From: Felis catus
Taxonomy: Eukaryota
Direction: 5' to 3'
NCBI RefSeq assembly: GCF_018350175.1
Contig: NC_058368.1
Coordinates: forward strand, 177,694,001 to 177,758,000
DNA length: 64,000 nt
Shown here: positions 24,300-37,460 of the stretch, piece by piece
Numbering within the stretch: position 1 is the first letter of the stretch
How the letters are laid out: every line of letters starts with the position of its first letter
Program-made: the position numbers and the translations under genes
The notes under the pieces: generated by a model
Told to the model about the DNA's origin: nothing
The model's input: only the letters and a program-made list of their open reading frames with translations
Database searches by the model: none

Positions 24300-27200
24300 A
24301 TAGTAGAGGATGATCTTGGGAGCAGACACTGAGACAAGGATTCATGTAAAGTGAATTAGGAAGTTCTCCCAGGATAAGCTGGCAGTGCTGTGGGGAAGTG
24401 GGTTGGGAAGGGAATGAAGCCACGCCAGGGTGTGATATCTAGTGAAGTGCCATGGTGGGTAACTTTGGTCAATTCCACAAGAGAGCTCTTGACAGTGTAG
24501 ACAAGACTTACAATGTCCTGACAGGGAAAAAGGGAGCTAGAGTACTTATATCTCTGTGCCCTTCAGTGATGGGTTATGGGCTGGTGTATGTGCATTGGGG
24601 TTGGGGGAGAGGAGTGGGAATTGTAAATTCCCAAGCACTTTTGGCCCTCTGTGCCCAAGGCACAGTGGTACCAGTAGCTTGAGGGCACCCCTTGGACAAA
24701 AAGATTCAGGTGCTGCCTGTTGGAAAGGCATATGGGAGCTGGGGTGCTCCAAAATTATAAAGGAAACTGAGGATATGGGGAGAATATGAATAACTTGCAC
24801 TATTCTTAATAGTGCAAATTTAAATTCTTAATTTAATGCTTCACATTAAATCTAAACCAGTGATTCTTCAGGAGAGTGGATCACTACATCTTCTAACCAA
24901 AGAGATGTATAAGAAGATAGTGGAACGAGTTTCAGCTCCTGCTTCTGTAGTTGGTCCTGAGGCTATAGTTGATAGTTATCATCTCCTTCTTGTGCTACCT
25001 ACATGCTCTAAATTCCCCCTCACCTCAGCTAGCACTCCTGTTAATCAGAATTGCTTGTGAATTTTAGGATTGCTTGTTCTAGTTTTGAGAAGAATGCTGG
25101 TGCAATTTTGATTGGGATTGCATTGAATGTGTAGATAGCTTTGGGTAGTATTGACATTTTGACAATATTTATTCTTCCAATCCATGAGCAGGGAATGTCT
25201 TTCCATTTCTTTATATCTTCTTCAATTACTTTCATAAGCTTTCTATAGTTTTCAGCATACAGATCTTTTACATCTTTGGTTAGATTTATTCCTAGGTATT
25301 TTATGCTTCTTGGTGCAATTGTGAATGGGATCAGTTTCTTTATTTGTCACCACAAAAGGCCCCGAATAGCCAAAGTAATTCTGAAGAAGAAGACCAAAGC
25401 AGGAGGCATCACAATCCCAGACTTTAGCCTCTACTACAAAGCTGTAATCATCAAGACAGCATGGTATTGGCACAAAAACAGACACATAGACCAATGGAAT
25501 AGAATAGAAACCCCAGAACTAGACTCACAAACGTATGGCCAACTCATCTTTGACAAAGCAGGAAAGAACATCCAATGGAAAAAAGACAGTCTCTTTAACA
25601 AATGGTGCTGGGAGAACTGCACAGCAACATGCAGAAGGTTTAAACTAGACCACTTTCTCACACCATTCACAAAAATAAACTCAAAATGGATAAAGGACCT
25701 GAATGTGAGACAGGAAACCATCAAAACCCTAGAGAAGAAAGCAGGAAAAGACCTCTCTGACCTCAGCCGTAGCAATCTCTTACTCAACACATCCCCAAAG
25801 GCAAGGGAAATAAAAGCAAAAATGAATTACTGGGACCTTATGAAGATAAAAAGCTTCTGCACAGCAAAGGAAACAACCAACAAAACTAAAAGGCAACCGA
25901 CGGAATGGGAAAAGATATTTGCAAATGACATATTGGACAAAAGGCTAGTATCCAAAATCTATAAAGAGCTCACCAAACTCCACATCTGAAAAACAAATAA
26001 TCCAGTGAAGAAATGGGCAGAAAACATGAATAGACACTTCTCTAAAGAAGACATCCGGATGGCCAACAGGCACATGAAAAGATGTTCAATGTCGCTCCTT
26101 ATCAGGGAAATACAAATCAAAACCACACTCAGATATCACCTCACGCCAGTCAGAGTGGCCAAAATGAACAAATCAGGAGACTATAGATGCTGGAGAGGAT
26201 GTGGAGAAACGGGAACCCTCTTGCACTGTTGGTGGGAATGCAAATTGGTGCAACCGCTCTGGAAAGCAGTGTGGAGGTTCCTCAGAAAATTAAAAATAGA
26301 CCTACCCTATGACCCAGCAATAGCACTGCTAGGAATTTACCCAAGGGATACAGGAGTACTGATGCATAGGGGCACTTGTACCCCAATGTTTATAGCAGCA
26401 CTCTCAACAATAGCCAAATGATGCAAAGAGCCTAAATGTCCATCAACTGATGAATGGATAAAGAAATTGTGGTTTATATACACAATGGAGTACTACATGG
26501 CAATGAGAAAGAATGAAATATGGCCTTTTGTAGCAGTGTGGATGGAACTGGAGAGTGTTATGCTAAGTGAAATAAGTCAGGCAGAGAAAGACAGATACCA
26601 TATGTTTTCACTCATATGTGGATCCTGAGAAACTTAACAGAAACCCATGGAGGAGGGGAAGGAAAAGGAAAAAAAAAAAAAAAAGAGGTTAGAGTGGGAG
26701 AGAGCCAAAGCATAGGAGACTGTTAAAAACTGAGAACAAACTGAGGGTTGATGGGGGGTGGGAGGGAGGGGAGGGTGGGCGATGGGTTTGAGGAGGGCAC
26801 CTTTTGGGATGAGCACTGGGTGTTGTATGGAAACCAATTTGACAATAAATTTCATATATTGAAAAAAAAAAAGAATATAACAATGTTCATTACCCAATAA
26901 AGTAAAATTCACAATGAAAAAAAAAAAAAAGAATGGCTTGCCTGTGGGGCGTTCTAGACCTTCATGCCAAGTGGCTTGAGCTTCTGTTTACTGTGAGCTT
27001 ATCAGGCTCACGGTTCCTGAATTGTCCGTTCACAGTTAAAACCAGGCATGACAGCCTCAAGAGATGCCCAATGGATTCCTTGAGTTACAGACATGTTTCT
27101 CCCTTTCCCCGTTAGGTCAAAGTAACTCTACATCTCTGTAGAAGGAAAAAGGCCAATTACTCCCGACTATAATATAACTTTTTTCTTTGTCTGCTGATCT

Positions 27201-27800
27201 TCTGTCATGAGAAAGCCAAAGTGGCCAAGTAGTAGCCAGAGTTTTAAATTCAGTAGAACAGTTATTGTGCCCTGATGGATAATAAATAAAAGGTCTCTCC
27301 ACATACCCTACCCTCTCATCACAGGCCACGACCTCTAGATGCACCTAACCTAAAGTTGCAGAGATGAGAAGTACAGAGTCCCTCAGAAGGTCACTGAAAA
27401 TAATGGACAAAGGGCCACTCTTAACTACTTTTCCTTGGCTCATGGACCTATGTATTCTATCTAATGGGAAAACGACTCCATATAATGGCAATTTGTATAT
27501 ATCACATCTGAAGGTCAGTACCCCAGCCCTACAGAGCTATCTTCACACTTAGCTGCATCTTGTAAAGGCCATTCCAATGTTCTGTTAGTCTAGAACTTTG
27601 GGTGATGTGATATATTCTGATATATAGATCCTATAGTTACATATCTATCAATACTCCTCCAGTACCACAAAGAACACCTCTCGGTCCAAGCTGATATTGT
27701 ATGGGATCTTGTGTCAGTAAGTCAAAGGCTTACTGATTTTGGCAGGATGAGTCAGTGTTCTTTCCAGAGTAGAAGGGGTCTAATATTACCAAATCACCAC
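24300..27800 (-). mobile_element. Older ERV-L-class element: LTR16-like LTR (about 24300-24800) plus 3' internal remnant split by the L1 insertion
   Basis: Reverse complements of 24930-25057 and 26930-27120 join into ERV-L-like pol 3' sequence across the L1 TSD. Confidence 0.65.
25058..26930 (+). mobile_element. Young felid L1, 5'-truncated, with inverted 5' segment (25058-25348) and 3' transduction
   Basis: ORF2 C-terminus in ORFs 25276..25989 and 26005..26421, inverted ORF2 piece 25041..25235, 3'UTR, poly(A); near-perfect TSD AGAAT[T/G]GCTTG at 25047-25057 and 26930-26940. Confidence 0.96.
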
Positions 27801-28954
27801 CAGGTAGCTGGTTGAATGGATCTTTGAGAATGAGAATAGGTTATCATTAGTATAATCAGGTAGTAACTTCTATTGCATTGCTGTTTCAGATACAATTTCA
27901 TTTCTGGAGTGAATGAACACACCTCCAGGAACTTCTATTAAGCTATTGGCTTGGAGAATGCTCCCCCATCCCCCACTTATACCTGTTAATTAAGATCATC
28001 AGACATAGTCTCATAGTAGTAGTCTTCAACGACCTCTCCCAGGGCTATATCAACCCTCAGGCTTTCTGTCATGATCTAGTCTGGAAACACCCTGGTTGCC
28101 TTTCTGTAGGACATTAAGCTGATGCATACATTGATTATATCATGCTGCTTGGAGCTGGTGCACAGGAAGTAGCAACTACCCTAGTTATCTTGGTAAGACA
28201 CTTGCATACTAGAGCATAGGAAACAAATTCCACAAAATTTCAGGGGTCTACCAACTGGGTGAGATTCGAGGAGTCCAGTGCTCTGGGACATCTCAAGGCA
28301 TCCCTTCCAGCATGAAGGACAGATTTCTGTATCTGTCCCCTTTATCACCAAGAAAGAAGCACAATACTGAGTGAGCCTCTTTGGATTTGGCAGGCAGCAT
28401 ATATCTCATTTGGCCATGCTGTTCTACCATATTTACTGAGTGACTTGAAAGCTCCCAGGTTTCAGTAGGGCCCAGAACAAGTGAAAACTCTACAGGAAGT
28501 CCAGGCTGTGATGCTGCTCCACCGTTTGGGCAACATGACCCAGAAGATCCAATGGTGCTCAAAGTGTCTGCGGAACGTAGGGATGCTATGTGGAGACTTT
28601 GGCAAGCCCCCATAGATGACTCACCCTCAGATACTTGGGATTTATGGGCAAAGTTATGTCATCCTCTACAGATAACTATTCTTTTGAGAATGGCTTTCTC
28701 TGGGCACTAGTGTCAACCAAACATTTGACTATGGGTCACCAAGTTACCGTGTGACCCATCATAAGCCAAGTGTTGTCTCACTCATCCAATCATAAAGTTA
28801 GACATGCACAGCACACTTCATTTTCAGGTGGAAGTGGTATATATGAGATCAGGCCCAGATAAATCCAGAGGACCCATGTAAATGTCATGAGCAAGAGCCC
28901 CAGGTGCCTATGCTCACTCTGCTCACTCCATTGCTCCTTTTCTCAGTCTGCATT

Positions 28955-29349
28955 ATGGCAGACAACATTTCCAAAGAAGGCCACAATAATATGTCTTGTT
29001 GCACATACTCTTCTAGAACCTTGACACCACTCCTTCACGAAGTGGAGTCTATGTACCCTCCCCTTGAACATATGCCTTAACCAATAGAATTAAGGCAGAA
29101 GTGATGTTATGTAACTCCCACCACTCTCGGGATACTCACTCTTGGAACCTAGCCACCATACTATGAGCAAGCCCAGGCAACCTGTGGAGGTGCCTACATG
29201 GAGAGGTACAGAGGCCTAGTCCACAGTCCTGACTACACCTTAGCCAACAACCAGCACCAACTGGCTAACTGTGTGAATGAACCAAATTGAAAGTCTATCC
29301 TGCAGACCCAGTTTTTTTTATATAAATATTTTTTGATGTTTACTTATTT

Positions 29350-29393
<44 letters not shown>

Positions 29394-29692
29394 AAGCAGG
29401 GGAGAGGGAGACACAGAATCTGAAGTAGGATCCAGGCCCTGAGCTGTCAGCACAGAGCCCGACACAGGGCTTGAATCTGCGAACCGTGAGATCATGACCA
29501 GAGCTGAAGTTGGAATTTAACCAACTGAACCACCCAGGCGCTCCCCAGTTAGGTTTGAAAAACTGACTATTCAGTTTTCAGAGATGAGCCAGCCATTCTG
29601 AAGGTTGGTTCATGAGCAAAATAAGTTATTGTTGTCATTTTAAGCCACAAAGTTTTGGAGTAGTTAACTACATCATGATAAATAACTGATAC
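28955..29692 (+). mobile_element. MLT1 (MaLR) LTR nested in the ERV-L, itself interrupted by a SINE
   Basis: TGGCAGAC..TTTCCAAAGA start and TTTTAAGCCAC..AAATAACTGATACA end. Confidence 0.7.
29313..29544 (-). mobile_element. Felid SINE with expanded (GA)n
   Basis: Typical body; flanking CCCAGTT repeat. Confidence 0.9.
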
Positions 29693-30113
29693 ATACATAA
29701 CACCCATGTATGGCCCTGAAGGATCATGAAGAAGAGACATCCTCTTATTAGGCAGAACTCTAAGCAGTGCACCTGATCATTCATCCTGCCTAGAAAAACA
29801 GATGGCCAGGGAGACAGATCTCCAATGATTCATGGGTAATTGTCTGACTAATTGTTTGGATGGTCAGAAACTGGAAAGGAGCATTAGAAAATCAGTGCCA
29901 AGGAGATTTGGGGAACAGGTATATGGACAGACCTTTCCAAATGAGCACAGGATATGAAGATATTTGTATTTTATGTGAATACTTACCAAAGAACAACCTC
30001 AGCAGAGAAGAATCTCAGTCATCATATGGGCAAGATGTCCTGTTCTAACATCAGTCAGCCTTCTTCTCCCATGACCTCGTCCCTGCTCAAAAAGCTTAAG
30101 GAAAAAAAAAAGA

Positions 30114-30223
30114 GGGGTGCTGGGTGGCTCATTCAGTTGAGTGTCCAACTCTTGATTTTGGCTCAAGTCATGATCTCATGGTTCGTGGCATCCAGTCCCA
30201 CATCAGTGTGGAGCCTGCTTGGG

Positions 30224-30275
<52 letters not shown>

Positions 30276-30363
30276 CCTCTCCCTGCAGCTTTCTCTCAAA
30301 ATAAATAAATAAGCTTGGGTTTTTTTTTTTGAGTTTTTTTCTTTGTAATGTTTGTTTATTTTT

Positions 30364-30400
<37 letters not shown>

Positions 30401-30590
30401 CATGAACAGGGGAGGGGTAGAGAGAGAGGGAGACACAGAATCTGAAGCAGACTCCAGGCTCTGAGCTGTCAGCACAGAGCCTGACATGGGGCTTGAAGCC
30501 ACAGACTGTGAGATCATGACCTGAGCCAAAATCAGACGCTCAACTGATTGAGCCACCCAGGCTCCCCTAAATAAGCTTTAAAAAAAAAAA
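30114..30590. mobile_element. Two nested, oppositely oriented SINEs (+ 30114-30310; - 30317-30567)
   Basis: Second copy inserted in the tail of the first, TSD TAAATAAGCTT at 30306 and 30568. Confidence 0.92.
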
Positions 30591-31351
30591 AGCCTGAAGT
30601 GGCAGAAATGGAGGTTATGCATGGTCATGGAAACATAGACTTTTACAGCCCTACCTGCTAATACAATAGCAAAGATCAACAATTCACAATTCCAGTGTGG
30701 CCCCATTCCCCAGAGGGATCAGCCAGTCATATGATGTTAGATTGTTTTCATTGAATCACTTCCATATTGGAAGGGATAGCACATTGTTTGCACTGGAATA
30801 GACACTTTACTTTGTATATAGACTTGTCTGTCCTGTCCACAATGCTGCCAAAACCAACATCCAAGGACTCAACAGACTTTTGCACTATCATGGTGTTCCA
30901 TAAGGCATTCTTCTGACCAAAGAACTTCCTATCAAATGAAGCGAGGCAGTGGATCAGTGCTCATGGAACTCTCTGGTTCCATGTTTGTCATCATCTGGCC
31001 TCATTGAATGGTGGGATGGCCTTGTGAAGATTCAGTTTCATTCTCAGCTAAATGGTAACATCTTGTTGGGCTAGAATAATGCTCGGGAGTTTTTGTACTG
31101 ACCAGGGTGAGTGATCTTGACCTATTAGAGGGAATTTGGATCACTAGTACACAATGTAAGTAAGGAGGACTATGTATGGAATACAGTCATTTCCTGGTGA
31201 TGCATCTTAGTTCTGTGTCCTACTGATAAAACTAAATGAAAAATGACTACAACTCCATAACTCAGTATTTAAATCACAAGGTATTAAAGGTGGAGTATGA
31301 CTCAGCTAGAAGAAGTAATCCTTTGTAAAAAAAAATTATATATATATAAAT

Positions 31352-31404
31352 ATAGATAGATGATAGATAGATAGGTAGATAGATAGATAGATAGATAGAT
31401 AGAT
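31352..31404. repeat. (GATA)n tetranucleotide microsatellite
   Basis: Interrupted GATA run. Confidence 0.95.
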
Positions 31405-32159
31405 ATGCCTTTATATCCTGTTTTTGAGAGAGGATTGGTGTGCTTTTTATTGTGGGAGGGACACTTTGCAACATGTTAGCCAGAAGCATGATTTTGCTGT
31501 TGTCTTTATTTGGAAGATAAATATGGTTACTAGAGATAGAAGAGTGTTGTAGGTGCCAACCTGGCTAAACTGGAACTATGTTACCTGTAATTCCCTTCCC
31601 TTAAGTCTTAGGTTAAGGTTGGCCACAAAAACAAAAACAAAAACAAAAACAAAAGTATGCATGAAATTTGGAAGATGAGAGTGAAATCGCAAGCATTAGG
31701 GCCTAAAGATAAATATAGCAGGGCTCCCGGTGCTGCTTCAATGCTCTTACCTTGTCCCCCATCTGCTGGTCCCCATCTGCTCTTACCTCGTCCTCCTCTG
31801 CATTTTCTCCTTCAGTTCCTCTGTGTCCTGGGCCAGGTACATGGCAAAGGGCACCAGCTTCTTCTGCAGATTATGTTTGGCATTAAGGTTGGAGGTTCTA
31901 AGAAACGGATGAGGGTTTCAATATGTCTTCCTGGGTTCCAGTGTATCCCCATTCTCTTCTGCTTCCCATTCGGTTTTTATTTCTCACTTCTATAGCCCTG
32001 TTGACCTGTGTGACACAAAGATTTCCATAGGCTTCTTCACTGGCTGTCCTTTGTGGTCCCTGGCTAATGACTCCTCTCTGTTCCTCTAACCATCCTGTTC
32101 CAGACTTCTACTGCTCCAACTAACCCTAAACTGACCCTGACACTGACCTTGAAAATTTC

Positions 32160-32551
32160 TGTTAAAAACAAGACAACGATACAAAACAGAGTGACTTATG
32201 CTAAGCCCACGTCTTCAAACTAAGATTTAACTTAATTATAGTTTCAGTTCTCCTAGAAACGGAATCTTTATAAACCAGCCAATCGGGAACTGCCTGATCG
32301 GCACTAGTTAGGTAATCTGCCTGATAGACCCTGCCATCCCCTAAAGGAAAGTAACCTTGTAATAGCCAACCCACTTTTTTGCCTAATATAACTTCCTTGT
32401 TCCTGCTGCCTTCTGCCTATAAAAGTCCTTCATTTTGTACAGCTCCTCAGAGCTCCCTTCTATCTGCTATATTGGATGCTGCCCAGCTTGAATAGATTTT
32501 TGCTCAAATAAACTCTTAAAAAATTTTAATACACTTCAATTTATTTTCAAA
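32160..32551 (+). mobile_element. Solo ERV1 LTR (MER34/MER39-like)
   Basis: TGTTAAA start, CCAAT, CCTATAAAAG, GCTCAAATAAACTCTTAAA poly(A) region. Confidence 0.7.
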
Positions 32552-32667
32552 TATTTTATTTTATTTTTTAAGTAACTATACGCCCAACATAGAGCTTGAA
32601 CTATCAGCCCAAGACCAAGTGTTGCATGCTCCAGCAACTGAGCCAGACAAATACTCTTATTTTTTAA

Positions 32668-32883
32668 TATTAAAAAAATTTTTTTTTAATGTTTATTTTA
32701 TTTTTGAGAGAGAGAGAGACAGAGTGTGAGCAGGGGAGGGGCAGAGAGAGAGGGAGACACAGAATCCAAAGCAGGTTCCAGGCTCTGAGCTGTCAGCACA
32801 GAGTCCAACGCGGGGCTTGAACTGTGAGATCATGACCTGAGCCGAAGTCAGACTCCCAACCGACTGAGCCACCCATGCGCCCC
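32668..32883 (-). mobile_element. Felid SINE (older short SINE adjacent at about 32560-32655)
   Basis: Typical body ending CTGAGCCACCCATGCGCCCC. Confidence 0.9.
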
Positions 32884-33447
32884 ATATTTTTTAATATTTT
32901 AAACACACTTACATTTAAAAACGTTTTGTGAAATTCAAATGTAACTGGATGTCCTATATTTTTATTTGCTAAATCTGGCAGTCTTAAATGAGGAATAACA
33001 GACAGTGATATCTGCTAGTATATATAGGATTTTATATATATATTTGGTCTTTCATTCTGCTTAAAAAAAGAAATGGCCAGGGGTACAGATCTGTAATGAT
33101 TCATGGGCAGTAGCTAACTGGTAGAATTAGACAAATCATCAGTTTTGATCCTTAATGAAATAATAGATCCAGTTTATGATCCCAAGGAACATTCATATCA
33201 TTAGGAGAAATGTTGATGAGAATCTTTATAGTGAACCCACTGAGCAATCTTAGATTCTCTGAAATAAGGGTAACAGACAATGTGATGCAATAGAAAGTAC
33301 ACAAGGGTGTTCATGAGCCCCCATGGTCAACAACAACAACAACAAAAAACAGTCTAAGCAGGTCTTTAGAATAGATACCAGTTTTCAGGAAATATAGGGA
33401 ATAATAGAAGCACAAGTTAGATGATATCAAGAAAAAGCAATCAACCA

Positions 33448-33884
33448 GGGTGCCTGGGTGGCTCAGTCAGTTGAGCGTCAGACTTGGGTTCAGATCATGA
33501 GGTCGCAGTTCATGGGTTGGAGTCGTGCACTGGGCTCATTGCTGTCAGTGCAGAGCCCGCTTGGGATCCTCTGTACACAACCCCCACCCCCCACCGCCCC
33601 TCTGCCCTTCTCCTGCTCGTGCTCTCTCTTTCAAAAATAAATAAAACATTTAAAAAATAACAAAAGAGAAAAGAAAAACCAATCAATCAAACATGTAATG
33701 TAAAACGTTCCACCATTAGGGGTGCCAGGGCGGCTCAGTTGGTTAAGTGGCCAACTTAGGCTCAGGTCATGATCTCACTGTTTGTAAGTTCGAGTCCCAC
33801 TACAGGCTCTGTGCTGACAACTCAGAGCCTGGAACCTGCTTCGGATTCTGTGTCTTCCTCTCTCTCTCTGCCCCTTCCTTTCTA

Positions 33885-33939
<55 letters not shown>

Positions 33940-34645
33940 AATAAACATTAAAAAAAAAAGTTCCATACTTAAAAAAAATAATAACCTAGTTTCTTCAACA
34001 AATCAAAGCACAAAGAAGAAAGATGGGGCTTGTGTTAAATAAAAGAAATTCATGAGCCCACACAGCCACATGGGCCTTGCTTGCATTCTGAATCAAATAC
34101 ACCAGTTGTAAAACATCTTTGAATATTGAGTGGTATTGGATATGACATGACTGGTTGAAGAAATGATACCCATGATCCCTATGTATGATATCCTATTCCC
34201 CCCCCTTCACTTACTACATTACACAAAGTAAGTTGAAGTATTTAATACAGAGTGGCAATAAACTTTATCATTTAGCACTTAGATTACAGGGTATTAATAT
34301 GTGGTTACACTGGAAGAGGAATGAACCTTGCTTTGAGATAGATGCAGTGAAGTTTGGGTTTCTTTTTTGGGATAAGCTCATTTTTGTTTGTATGAGGTAT
34401 GAGTCCATTAAGAAAGTATGTTGCTTTGAGAGCACCTGGTGGCTCAGTCAGTCAAGCATCTGACTTGGGCTCAGGTCACGATCTCACGGTTCATGGGTTC
34501 GAGCCCCGTGACAGGCTCTGTGCTGACAGCTCAGAGCCTGGAGCCTGCTTCGGCTTCTGTGCCTCCCTCTCTCTCTGTTCCTCCCCTGCTTGTGCTCTGT
34601 CTCTCTCTCTGACTCTCAAATATAAATACAAATGTTAAAAAAAAA
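33448..34645 (+). mobile_element. Three co-oriented SINEs (33448-33660, 33719-33960, 34428-34645)
   Basis: Each has a GGCTCAGT head, CT tract and A tail. Confidence 0.9.
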
Positions 34646-35884
34646 TTTTTTTTTAAGTATGTTGGTTTTGGCCATTATTTTTGTTTGGAAGATTTATTGA
34701 CAGAAGACTATATACAGATGCTGTGTTGCCAAATGGATGGAATGAAGCAGATACTACAGATGAGCTCATTCAGTTCCATTCGGCCACTTTGTGTCATGGC
34801 TTCCTGCCTCCTAAAACTGGAAAGCAAGAGGCTACATTTCCCAGATACTCATACAGCTGGAAGTTTTTAGATGGCCTACCTTCAATCCAGCAGTGTGCCT
34901 GTATGAAATCTGGACAATAAGAATTAGTATTAGGAGACACAAACCATGATTCTTCTGCTTCTGCTAGCAAGTAAGATCATAGAGGCATTTGGACTTTACG
35001 GGGCGTTTGTGGTAGAAGACCCAGGGTCTAATTCCAGTTTGTGGGGGTGGAGAGGCATCCATTTTAATAGTATAAATCATGAGAAAGACACTACAAACCT
35101 CGAGTGTGCAATTGTGATGACAAGTTGCTTACTCCAAGCTTCCCAAAGAGGGCAGAGGTGGCTCCTTTGGTGAGCCAGTTCTGCACTGTGGTTCTGGATT
35201 TCATTCCTGAGAGCTCAATACACTCTTTGAAATCTTCTAATGCTTTCATAATCACTAGTAATAAACCTTCATTTCCTGAATATATTGTTATCTGCAACGG
35301 CACCTTGTCCCAGACTGTGACCCTTGAGGGTTCAAGGGCACAGGCCCTTTCACATCCCACTGATTGGAATGTAAGTTGATACAATCATGGTTTTTGTGCC
35401 GTTCAAACCAGTATCCTTTGATCCTGTAATTTACATCTAGGGACGTTTCCTAAGGGAATAATCAGATGCGCTCAAAGTTTTGTGGCACATACAGTGACAA
35501 TATTTGGCAATTGTTAAAAATAATGTTTTAAACCATAGTGAATGACATGGAAAAATATTCATGATATCATGTAAAGTGAAAAAGGCACACACACACATGT
35601 TTCAGCATTGTGGGAAAAAATGACATGATGCTTTGGATTTGTTTCAAGCTACTTTAGCAAAAAAAAAAAAAAAAAAAGCATGCCAGTAGAAGGAAATGAA
35701 ATACAATTGACAAAATGTTGATAATTATTGAAGCCAGGTGTTGGGCAGATGGAGATTCATTACAATTTTCTTCTTTTTGTGTGTGCTTAAGAATTTCCAT
35801 CATATGAAGTTTTAAAAGTTTAAAAGGAAAACAAAACAGAAGATAAATTGCATGCATAGTATGTGCTCACTTTTATAGAGATAT

Positions 35885-36300
35885 TAACATACACACATAT
35901 ACATAGAAAAGAAACTAAAACATACATGAAGATGAAAAGATCAGAGGTTGCTAGGAGTTAGGAAGGAGGGAGAGAATAGATGGAGCACAGCGGATTTTCA
36001 GGGCTATTTTCATTTATCAAACTATTCTGTATGATATTACCGTGGTAGATACATGACATTACACATTTGTCAAACCCATGGACTTTTACAACACCAAGAA
36101 TAAACCTTAATGTAAATTATGTACTGTGGTTGACATTGACATGTCCGTGTAAGTTCACTGGTTGTAAGAAATGTCCCACTGTGGTGGGGGATGTTGATAA
36201 TGGGGGAGGCTGGAGGTCGAGAGGGCAGGGATGATATGGGAAATCCCTGTATCTCCCACTTCATTTTGTTGTAACCCTAAAACTTCTCTAAAAAAAAAAA
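35885..36300 (+). mobile_element. L1MC-like 3' end
   Basis: GGTAGATACATGACATTACACATTTGTCAAACCCAT...CCTAAAACTTCTCTAAAAAA. Confidence 0.75.
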
Positions 36301-36469
36301 AACCAAACCTCTATTTAAAAATACGTATCCAAATGTTAACAGAAGTTATCTGTGGGTGGTAGGATTAGCCTGCTGTTTATTTTTGGAGTTCTCTACATGT
36401 TATCAAAATGTGTATTATGAGTTTATGTGTTAATGGATTCTGTTTAGTTATTTATTTGTAATGTTTATT

Positions 36470-36692
36470 TATTTAAAAAAATTTTTATGTTTATTTTTGA
36501 GAGAGAGAGAGAGACAGAGTGAGAGCAGGGGAGGGGCAGAGAAAGAGAGTGAGGGAGACACAGAATCTGAAGCAGGCTCCAGGCTCTGAGCTGTCAGCAC
36601 AGAGCCTGACATGGGGGTCGAACCTACAAACTGCGAGATCATGACCTGAGCCGAAGTTGGATGCTCAACGACTGAGCCACCCAGGCGCCCCA
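36470..36692 (-). mobile_element. Felid SINE
   Basis: Ends ACTGAGCCACCCAGGCGCCCC. Confidence 0.92.
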
Positions 36693-37460
36693 ATGTGTTT
36701 AAATGGAACTAGCTGAGATGATTTAGAAGATACCTTGATTTGCAAGTATGCCAAATTTTGATGGACAAGTTTGACTGGTAAGCGCTGGTGGTCAAAGGGG
36801 CCTCGTAGGTCTCTCAGAACACGGGAAAATTACCCTCAGCAAGTGCCAGTAGAAAGACCCACACATCAGGGCACAGATGAGCCACAGGAGGACGTGAAAT
36901 ATATCACGAGGTGGCCCATAAACAGACTGGTGGGCTTGGTGGCAATCCTGTCCCGCTCCAAGAAACTATAACCAGCATACGATTTCAGAGAACAAAGAAG
37001 GAATGTGCTTATCACTTAGAAACCTAAAACCAGATCCCTTGTTTCCTGCCTTGCCTGATGGAGGCTGTGGGAATCAAAGGGGATCCTATCACACTCAGAT
37101 AAAAGATGGACAGGAAAATGTAAAGTGGTGTTCTTCTCTCCCCATGTAGGTCTACCTACCTGGAAATTACATGGTGACATTATTCCTGCTTTCATAGATG
37201 CTTTTCTGTTTTTCAAGGTAAGTCAATACACTGAAATTATGCCTCCTGTATCTGTTTCCTTGTTCATTCCACACATGTGTGTGAAGGGCCTACCCTGGGG
37301 CCAGGTGAGACAAAAAGAGAAATCAGACAGTTCCTAGGTTTTGGAGCTGAGTGAATGACCCATGAACAGAGGTGAGAAGACCTGGAGGTAAGGCATGCTT
37401 GGGCTGGGAGTGGTGAAACAAGAGGTCTGCCTTGGAGGTACAAAGTGTAAAATGCCCTTT

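Larger units (their letters stand above)
28030..32130 (+). mobile_element. Decayed ERV-L internal region (RT, RNase H, integrase) plus 3' MLT2-type LTR from about 31550, interrupted by an MLT1 LTR and SINEs
   Basis: Remnants of LPQGYINxxAxCH and YIDx RT motifs near 28035-28150; integrase-like W-K-G..TGIDT near 30765; LTR start resembles MLT2E/F. Confidence 0.8.

Noticed and set aside
25276..26421. ORFs of 237 and 138 aa as a possible host gene
   Set aside because: They are the L1 ORF2 C-terminus with premature stops; the first is a chimera across the inversion junction
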